Origin: Candidatus Omnitrophota bacterium
Lineage (GTDB): Bacteria; Omnitrophota; Gorgyraeia; Gygaellales; Profunditerraquicolaceae
Assembly: GCA_041650835.1 (NCBI GenBank)
Contig: JBAZKL010000002.1
Location: 14,477-78,476, forward strand
Length of the DNA: 64,000 nucleotides
Reading direction: 5' to 3'
Position numbers and translations under genes: made by a program. The number at the start of each line of letters is the position of its first letter. Position 1 is the first letter of the stretch. Below the pieces are notes generated by a model, which did not search any database, was not told the DNA's origin, and saw nothing but the letters and a program-made list of their open reading frames with translations. Of this stretch, positions 57,797 through 64,000 are shown piece by piece.

Positions 57797-58888
57797 GTGA
57801 GGAGTTTTGAAGCCGTGTCAATCGTGATCGTTACCGGTTCTTGCGGGCTTATCGGTTCTCAGACAGCGGGTTTTTTTTGCGAAAAAGGCTTTGATGTCGT
57901 CGGGATCGATAATAATATGCGACAGGCTTTTTTCGGCAGGGACGCTAGTATCCTCAAGAACAGATATATGCTCCAGAAAGCCCATCCCCGGTACCGCCAC
58001 CTTTGGATCGATGTCCGCGACCAGGAAAAGACCGAGTCAGCCTTTAAGAAATTCAGGAATTCTATACGGTTAGTCGTGCATACGGCAGCTCAACCATCCC
58101 ATGATTGGGCTTCCTCGGCGCCGCTGGTTGATTTCGACATAAATGCCCGCTCGACTATCGCCATACTGGAAGCGTTGAGAAAGAATTGCCCTCGCGCCGT
58201 ATTTATCCTTACCTCTACCAATAAAGTTTACGGCGACAGGCCGAACCAGCTGCCTCTCGTCGAAAGAGCGACACGCTACGATCTGCCGAAAACCCATGCC
58301 TGTTATAAGGGGATCAATGAAACAATGCCTGTTGATCAATGCACGCATAGTTTAATGGGGGCTTCTAAGCTTTCAGCCGATATTATCACCCAGGAATACG
58401 GCAAATACTTCGGCTTTAAAACCGGGATTTTCAGGCTTGGGTGCGTGAGCGGGCCTGCGCATACGGGAGTTAAGATCCACGGATTCCTGTCATATTTAAT
58501 CCAATGTTGTGTCCTGAAGCGCCCCTACGTGATCTATGGTTACCGGGGAAAACAGCTGCGTGACGTGATCCATTCCTATGATGTATCCAGCGCCTTTTAC
58601 CGGTTTTACAAAAAACCGTCATCCGGTGAAGTTTATAATCTGGGAGGAGGGCGCCGGGCTTGTCTTTCAGTGCTTGAGGCAATTTCCCTCTGTGAGAAGA
58701 TTTCAGGTGAAAAAATGATTTGCCGCTACGATCCTTTGCCTCGCCGGGGGGACCATAAGTGGTGGATCAGTGATACCTCTAAATTTCAAGCGCAGTATCC
58801 TGAATGGAAATATAAGTATGTTTTGGAAGAAGCGGTGCGGCAGATCTTCGCCGCGCGAAGAGGCTGTATGAAAATAAGATCATCTTGA
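57797..58888 (+). CDS. NAD-dependent sugar epimerase, CDP-paratose/tyvelose 2-epimerase-like
   Basis: VTGSCGLIGSQ Rossmann fold, STNKVYGD and YGASKLSAD. The start may be GTG 57815 after the GAGGAG Shine-Dalgarno. Confidence 0.6.
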   Translation: MRSFEAVSIVIVTGSCGLIGSQTAGFFCEKGFDVVGIDNNMRQAFFGRDASILKNRYMLQKAHPRYRHLWIDVRDQEKTESAFKKFRNSIRLVVHTAAQPSHDWASSAPLVDFDINARSTIAILEALRKNCPRAVFILTSTNKVYGDRPNQLPLVERATRYDLPKTHACYKGINETMPVDQCTHSLMGASKLSADIITQEYGKYFGFKTGIFRLGCVSGPAHTGVKIHGFLSYLIQCCVLKRPYVIYGYRGKQLRDVIHSYDVSSAFYRFYKKPSSGEVYNLGGGRRACLSVLEAISLCEKISGEKMICRYDPLPRRGDHKWWISDTSKFQAQYPEWKYKYVLEEAVRQIFAARRGCMKIRSS

Positions 58889-59109
58889 CGTTGGATCCTT
58901 GAGCATATCCTCCCGTAATTACTCCGAATAATTATATCTTTTTCTTTTAAAAAACCTTGATTTGTATTATAATATAGTACCGTTTGAAGGAAAAAATAAA
59001 CCGGTACTGAATAAAATAAGCTTTTGTCCTTCAGGATAAATTAAGTTGTATTAAATATATCTTTTAGTCTTGACTGATGGATGTTTTATTCTTAATCTTA
59101 TATAACACA

Positions 59110-59141
59110 GAGAGTTGTATTTAATGATCTAAACAACTCTC
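59110..59141. promoter_or_regulatory. Inverted repeat GAGAGTTGT-N14-ACAACTCTC in the AT-rich leader of the ddhA operon
   Basis: Perfect 9-bp arms in the 300-bp AT-rich gap that starts a new transcription unit. Confidence 0.4.
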
Positions 59142-59188
59142 GCTCTTACGGTAAGTTTTTACGGGCGGGTTTTCATAAGGAGAACAAA

Positions 59189-59962
59189 ATGAAAGTGGTC
59201 ATTTTAGCCGGAGGGATCGGCTCACGCTTAAGCGAAGAAACTGATCTAAAGCCCAAGCCTATGGTAGAGATCGGCGAGAAGCCTATCCTCTGGCATATTA
59301 TGAAGATCTTTTCAAGCTATGGCTATAACGATTTTATTATATGCCTTGGATATAAGGGGTATATGATAAAAGAATATTTCGCGAATATATTCCTGCATTC
59401 CAGCGACGTGACTATCGATTTAGAGAAAAATAAGATCACCTACCTGGCGTCAAAGGCAGAGCCCTGGAAAGTCACGCTTATCGATACCGGATTAAACACG
59501 ATGACCGGGGGAAGGATCCATCGTATCCGGAAGTATATCGAAGGTACTTTCATGCTGACGTACGGTGACGGCGTCAGCGACGTTAATATAAAGGACCTTG
59601 TTGAGTTCCATAAAAAGAAGGGTAAACTCGCTACGGTTACCGCCGTTCAGCCGTATGCCCGTTTTGGGGCGTTGGCATTGGATGATCTGCATAATGTCCT
59701 TTCGTTTCGTGAAAAGCCGCAAGGAGAGGGAAATTGGGTCAACGGTGGATTTTTTGTTCTGGAGCCGGGCGTATTTGATTGTGTTTTGGACGATCGCAGC
59801 ATTTGGGAAAAAGATTCTTTGGAACAATTATCGGCGCGCAAGCAGCTCAGTGCTTATAAACACGCGGGGTTCTGGAAATGCATGGATACCTTGCGTGATA
59901 AGGTTGAGCTTGACAGGCTCTGGAGGTCGGATGAGGCGCCTTGGAAGATCTGGAAACAATAA
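59189..59962 (+). CDS. Glucose-1-phosphate cytidylyltransferase (DdhA/RfbF)
   Basis: MKVVILAGGIGSRLSEETDLKPKPMVEIGEKPILWHIM. Confidence 0.85.
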   Translation: MKVVILAGGIGSRLSEETDLKPKPMVEIGEKPILWHIMKIFSSYGYNDFIICLGYKGYMIKEYFANIFLHSSDVTIDLEKNKITYLASKAEPWKVTLIDTGLNTMTGGRIHRIRKYIEGTFMLTYGDGVSDVNIKDLVEFHKKKGKLATVTAVQPYARFGALALDDLHNVLSFREKPQGEGNWVNGGFFVLEPGVFDCVLDDRSIWEKDSLEQLSARKQLSAYKHAGFWKCMDTLRDKVELDRLWRSDEAPWKIWKQ

Positions 59963-59980
59963 TTTAAACTATATATACCT

Positions 59981-61228
59981 ATGCAGTGCAGGTTTTGTAA
60001 CAGCAGATTAGAAGACCTTTTTGTGTCTCTGGGAGAGTCTCCTTTATCAAATGCCTATTTGCGTAAGGCAGATCTACGGCGTACAGAGCATCGTTTCCCG
60101 TTGGATGTTTATGTCTGCAAGGATTGCTTTCTGGTGCAACTGCCTGAATATGAAAGCCCCGAGAATATCTTCAGCGATTACGCTTATTTTTCATCTTATT
60201 CCGATACCTGGTTGAAACATGTTCTGGCTTACGCTTTAGAAATGGCAAAAAAGTTTTCCCTCGGCGGCAGCTCGAAAGTCGTTGAAATTGCCAGCAATGA
60301 CGGATGCCTGCTGAAAAATTTTATCGCTCAAGGCATACCCGTCCTGGGGATCGAGCCTGCGCTCAATGTCGCGGAAGTTGCTGTCCGTAACGGCGTCCCC
60401 ACGCAAGCGGTATTTTTCAGCGAAGCCACAGCCAAGCGCTTACGTGATGAAGGAAACGCCGCCGACCTTTTGGTAGGCAATAATGTCCTGGCGCACGTCC
60501 CTGATATTAATGATTTCGTGCGGGGCCTTAAGATACTCCTGAAGCCTTCAGGGGTTATTACCCTGGAATTCCCTCATTTAAAGCGCCTGATCGAAGAAAA
60601 TCAATTTGACACTATCTACCATGAGCATTTTTCTTACTTTTCTTTTTTAACCGTGGAAAAAATATTTTTAAAGCATGGTTTAACGATATTTGATGTTGAG
60701 GAGCTCAAGACTCACGGAGGGTCGCTGCGGATCTACGGCAAACATTCAACGGACAAGACAAAAACAACTTCTCCCCGCGTGCTTGAGATGAGGGAAAACG
60801 AAGCGCTCGCCGGTTTCGGCAGTATCATGGCGTACACGGCATTCCAAAATAACGTGCGAAGGATCAAGGAGGATACCCGGGATCTTCTCGCGCGGCTTAA
60901 ACGCCGGGGAAAGACTATTGCCGGATACGGAGCGCCCGCGAAAGGAAATACCTTCCTGAATTATTGCGGTATCACTGTCGCCGATATCCCTTACACGGTC
61001 GATAGAAATCCGCATAAACAGGGCCGTTTCCTGCCCGGCAGCCATATCCGAATAGAAAATCCCGATAAAATAAAAGAAACCAGGCCTGATTACGTCTTGA
61101 TCTTGCCCTGGAACATTAAAGAAGAGGTCATGGAGCAAATTTCATTTATCCGCGACTGGGGCGGAGAATTTATCACCGCTATCCCTAAATTGGAGATCCA
61201 TTCAAATAAACTGATGGAGTATGTATGA
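59981..61228 (+). CDS. NDP-sugar C-methyltransferase (N-terminal zinc-binding domain plus SAM MTase)
   Basis: CRFCNS...CKDCFLVQL zinc ribbon, a class I SAM-binding region ([12 protein letters not shown]) and a C-terminal domain typical of TylC3/EryBIII-type sugar C-methyltransferases. Confidence 0.65.
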   Translation: MQCRFCNSRLEDLFVSLGESPLSNAYLRKADLRRTEHRFPLDVYVCKDCFLVQLPEYESPENIFSDYAYFSSYSDTWLKHVLAYALEMAKKFSLGGSSKVVEIASNDGCLLKNFIAQGIPVLGIEPALNVAEVAVRNGVPTQAVFFSEATAKRLRDEGNAADLLVGNNVLAHVPDINDFVRGLKILLKPSGVITLEFPHLKRLIEENQFDTIYHEHFSYFSFLTVEKIFLKHGLTIFDVEELKTHGGSLRIYGKHSTDKTKTTSPRVLEMRENEALAGFGSIMAYTAFQNNVRRIKEDTRDLLARLKRRGKTIAGYGAPAKGNTFLNYCGITVADIPYTVDRNPHKQGRFLPGSHIRIENPDKIKETRPDYVLILPWNIKEEVMEQISFIRDWGGEFITAIPKLEIHSNKLMEYV

Positions 61229-62223
61229 AAAATGCTCTTGTTACCGGCGGCGCCGGCTTTATCGGCAGCCATGTGACGGAATCATTGCTCGCAGAAGGGT
61301 ACCGGGTTTGTGTGATCGATAACTTCTCGACGGGCAGGCCTGATAACCTCGATTTCTTAAAGGGAAATCCGGCATTGTCCGTTGTGGAGTCGGATGTGTG
61401 TGATACCCGGAAAATCAAGCCGTACTTTAAAAATGTTTCTTTTGTTTTTCATTTAGCCGCTTTGGCGGATATTGTGCCTTCGATAGTGAATCCGCTCGCG
61501 TATCATCGCGCTAATGTAGACGGGACGGTAAGCGTGCTGGAGGCTGTCCGTGAAGTATGCCCCGGCCTTACAAAATTCGTATATACGGCTTCTTCGTCGT
61601 GCTACGGCATCCCCGACACATTCCCGACCCCTGAAAGCTCGGAAATCCTTCCTCAGTATCCCTACGCGCTTACGAAGTATTTGGGAGAATCTATCGCGTT
61701 GCATTGGGGGCAGGTGTATAAATTACCGGTCGTATCTTTACGATTATTTAATGTCTATGGCCCGCGATCACGCACCTCAGGCACCTATGGCGCGGTCTTC
61801 GGCGTATTTCTCGCGCAGAAGTTAGCGGGTGAGCCTTTTACCGTTGTCGGGGATGGTTCGCAAACCCGCGATTTTACTTATGTTTCCGATGTGGCGGCCG
61901 CGTTCCTTGCCGCGGCTCATTCGGAATGCAGAAATGAAATATTCAATGTGGGCAGCGGCAATACCTATAGCGTAAACCGGCTCGTCGAGTTGTTGGACGG
62001 CCCGGTCACGTATATCCCTAAGAGGCCGGGCGAGCCTGACTGCACATTCGCGGATACCGCCAGGATCAGGGCAAAGCTTAAATGGAAGCCCGGGGTTTCT
62101 TTGGAAAAAGGAGTCGGGATCTTACTGAAAAATATCGATTATTGGAAAAAAGCGCCGGTATGGACGCCTGAATCCATTAATGAAGCCACAAAAGAATGGT
62201 TTCAATTCTTAGCTAAGGAATAA
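61225..62223 (+). CDS. NAD-dependent epimerase/dehydratase (UDP-sugar 4-epimerase-like)
   Basis: [13 protein letters not shown] and YALTKYLGE (YxxxK). Confidence 0.7.
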   Translation: MKNALVTGGAGFIGSHVTESLLAEGYRVCVIDNFSTGRPDNLDFLKGNPALSVVESDVCDTRKIKPYFKNVSFVFHLAALADIVPSIVNPLAYHRANVDGTVSVLEAVREVCPGLTKFVYTASSSCYGIPDTFPTPESSEILPQYPYALTKYLGESIALHWGQVYKLPVVSLRLFNVYGPRSRTSGTYGAVFGVFLAQKLAGEPFTVVGDGSQTRDFTYVSDVAAAFLAAAHSECRNEIFNVGSGNTYSVNRLVELLDGPVTYIPKRPGEPDCTFADTARIRAKLKWKPGVSLEKGVGILLKNIDYWKKAPVWTPESINEATKEWFQFLAKE

Positions 62224-62227
62224 GGGG

Positions 62228-63754
62228 ATGGAAAAGATCTACAAGAAGATCAAGAAGTTACACGAACTCAAAGGCATTATTGCCGATTTAAAGAAACAAA
62301 ATAAGACGGTTGTCCATTGCCACGGCGTTTTTGACCTGATACATCCGGGCCATATCCGTCATCTTGCTTCCGCTAAAAAGGAAGGCGATGTTTTGATCGT
62401 TACCGTTACCTCTGACCCGTTTGTCAGAAAAGGGCCGGGAAGGCCTATTTTTAATGAGAACCTGCGAGCCGAGACGCTGGCGGCGTTCAGTACTGTCGAC
62501 TATGTCGCGATCAATCCCGCTGCGACCGCGACGGAATGCATTAAGTTGCTTAAACCCCATGTCTATGTCAAAGGCCAGGATTATATCAATAAGAGCAAGG
62601 ATGTTACCGGTAAGATCTCCGAAGAGGAAGAGGCGATCCATTCTGTCGGAGGCAGGATCGCTTTTACCCATGATATAACATTCAGTTCATCCAAACTGAT
62701 CAATGAGCATATGCAGGTCTTCCCTGAAGCAACCCGGGAATATTTAAAGGGCATATCGGTAAAATATCCGCTTGATTATATATTTGAAGCGTTGGAAAAG
62801 ATCAAGAAATTGAAGGTGCTGGTTATAGGCGAGGCTATTATCGACCAATATCATTATTGCGACGGCCTTGATAAGTCGCGTAAGAGCAATGTCGTCGTTT
62901 ATAAGTACGTTTCGGAAGAGTCGTTCGCGGGCGGATCATTGGCTGTTTCCAACCATATCGCGGGACTGGCAAAAGACGTAACGCTTGTTACTCTCTCAGG
63001 TAACGATTATAAAATGTTTTCCGGGTTTTTGTGCGAGAAGATGAGGCCGGGCGTTAAACTGGTCAATTTTGAGCGTCCGGACAGCAGGACTATTATCAAA
63101 CGCCGCTTCGTTAACTCCAACAATAAGCTTTTTGAAATATGCTATTTAAATGATTCTCCGCTTCCTGAAGGCGTTGAGAAAAAGATCCAGGTGAAATTAA
63201 AGCAAATGGTTTCTGATTACGATCTGGTTGTTGTTTCCGATTTCGGGCACGGCTTTTTATCCGACAACCTGGCGAGGACGATCTGTAAACAGGCAAAATT
63301 CCTGGCGGTTAACACTCAGACAAACGGCGCCAATATGGGCTTTAATTTCATTACCCGTTATTCAAATGTCGATTACGCGGCGCTCGATGAACTTGAGATC
63401 CGTTACGCCGCCCATGACAAAGCAAGTGAACTCGACGGGATCATGAAAAAGGTCACCCGTAAGATCCATTGCGATAATTTGATCATTACCAGGGGCAGTT
63501 TCGGCGCTTTAAGCCTGAATAATAAAAAAGAGTTGTTAAGCGCCCCGGCCCTGGCTACCAGCGTTGTAGACCCGGTAGGGGCGGGGGACGCGTTTTTTGC
63601 TTTTACCGCGCCACTGGTAGCGTTGGGGGTGCCCCAGGACCTCGTCGTCTTTATCGGCAACGCGGTGGGGGCGCTTGCGGTGCAGATCATCTGTAACCGT
63701 GACCCGGTTGACCCGGTAGATCTAAAAAAATTCATCACAACCATTTTAAAGTAA
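62228..63754 (+). CDS. Bifunctional heptose-activating enzyme with reversed domain order (N-terminal nucleotidyltransferase, C-terminal PfkB kinase)
   Basis: N-terminus HCHGVFDLIHPGHIRHL (HxGH nucleotidyltransferase, RfaE domain II-like). C-terminus LVIGEAIIDQY...DPVGAGDAF (PfkB sugar kinase). Confidence 0.7.
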   Translation: MEKIYKKIKKLHELKGIIADLKKQNKTVVHCHGVFDLIHPGHIRHLASAKKEGDVLIVTVTSDPFVRKGPGRPIFNENLRAETLAAFSTVDYVAINPAATATECIKLLKPHVYVKGQDYINKSKDVTGKISEEEEAIHSVGGRIAFTHDITFSSSKLINEHMQVFPEATREYLKGISVKYPLDYIFEALEKIKKLKVLVIGEAIIDQYHYCDGLDKSRKSNVVVYKYVSEESFAGGSLAVSNHIAGLAKDVTLVTLSGNDYKMFSGFLCEKMRPGVKLVNFERPDSRTIIKRRFVNSNNKLFEICYLNDSPLPEGVEKKIQVKLKQMVSDYDLVVVSDFGHGFLSDNLARTICKQAKFLAVNTQTNGANMGFNFITRYSNVDYAALDELEIRYAAHDKASELDGIMKKVTRKIHCDNLIITRGSFGALSLNNKKELLSAPALATSVVDPVGAGDAFFAFTAPLVALGVPQDLVVFIGNAVGALAVQIICNRDPVDPVDLKKFITTILK

Positions 63755-63759
63755 ATCAT

Positions 63760-64000
63760 ATGAATAAGAAAATCGAGTCTTACTATGAAGTCTTGCGTGA
63801 AATGACGCAAAGGATCTCTGTTACGGACAGGTCCGGTAAGAAGTTTCCGCTCCAAAAAGGGTTTGAGAAGATATGTTCTTTGTTCATGGATTGCGCCAAA
63901 AAGAATAAGAAGCTTATCTTTATCGGCAACGGGGCCAGCGCGGCTATCTCCAGCCATATGGCGGTTGATTTTTCCAAGCACGCTGGTATCCGCGGCATTG
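63760..64000 (+). CDS. gmhA: Phosphoheptose isomerase GmhA (SIS domain), 3'-truncated by the window edge
   Basis: MNKKIESYYEVL...LIFIGNGASAAISSHMAVDFSKHAGIRGI. The frame is open to the end of the window. Confidence 0.7.
   Translation, partial: MNKKIESYYEVLREMTQRISVTDRSGKKFPLQKGFEKICSLFMDCAKKNKKLIFIGNGASAAISSHMAVDFSKHAGIRGI

Overview
Nearly all confident genes in this 64 kb window lie on the + strand. The host appears to be a diderm bacterium: it encodes LptD, a PilQ secretin and type IV pilus machinery. Most of the window is housekeeping sequence. Features with their approximate spans:

- miaB, miaA, hflX
- hspR-like regulator, then a CIRCE operator, then clpB
- CIRCE operator, then hrcA-grpE-dnaK-dnaJ
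- accD, an orphan MalK-like ABC ATPase, two tandem GGDEF cyclases, a ROK glucokinase, a transaldolase/FSA-family gene
- lptD
- a type IV pilus locus (pilA, minor pilins, PilW-like, PilX-like, pilMNOPQ)
- rng, rplU, obg, proBA, nadD, rpe, a PGM/PMM-family mutase, plsC, rpsA, tyrS
- a long nucleotide-sugar operon: ugd, UXS, rmlA/D/B, CDP-hexose genes, a C-methyltransferase, an HldE-like enzyme and gmhA, which runs off the right edge

The most unusual region is the first ~8 kb. It starts with a visibly AT-rich 645-aa TPR-like gene that is open at the left edge. Next come a hairpin terminator and a dense array of three direct-repeat families that look like iterons. A small coupled ORF and a 788-aa primase-polymerase/SF3-helicase fusion follow; the last codons of that gene and the sequence after it are built from GTGAG/CTCAC heptamers. 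The element ends with an excisionase-family HTH gene and a large serine recombinase whose 3' end overlaps the 5' end of miaB. I read this as a compact integrated, probably self-replicating satellite- or plasmid-like element inserted at miaB. The AT-rich gene may be its cargo.

Other points worth a look:

- a ~340-aa internally repetitive protein embedded in the sugar operon and translationally coupled to UXS
- an HldE-like enzyme with reversed domain order
- a pilin paralogue lacking the prepilin cleavage motif
- a 9-mer repeat spacer between rplU and obg where rpmA is usually found

No tRNA, rRNA or CRISPR array was seen. All calls are from reading the sequence and the supplied ORF track; no searches were run.
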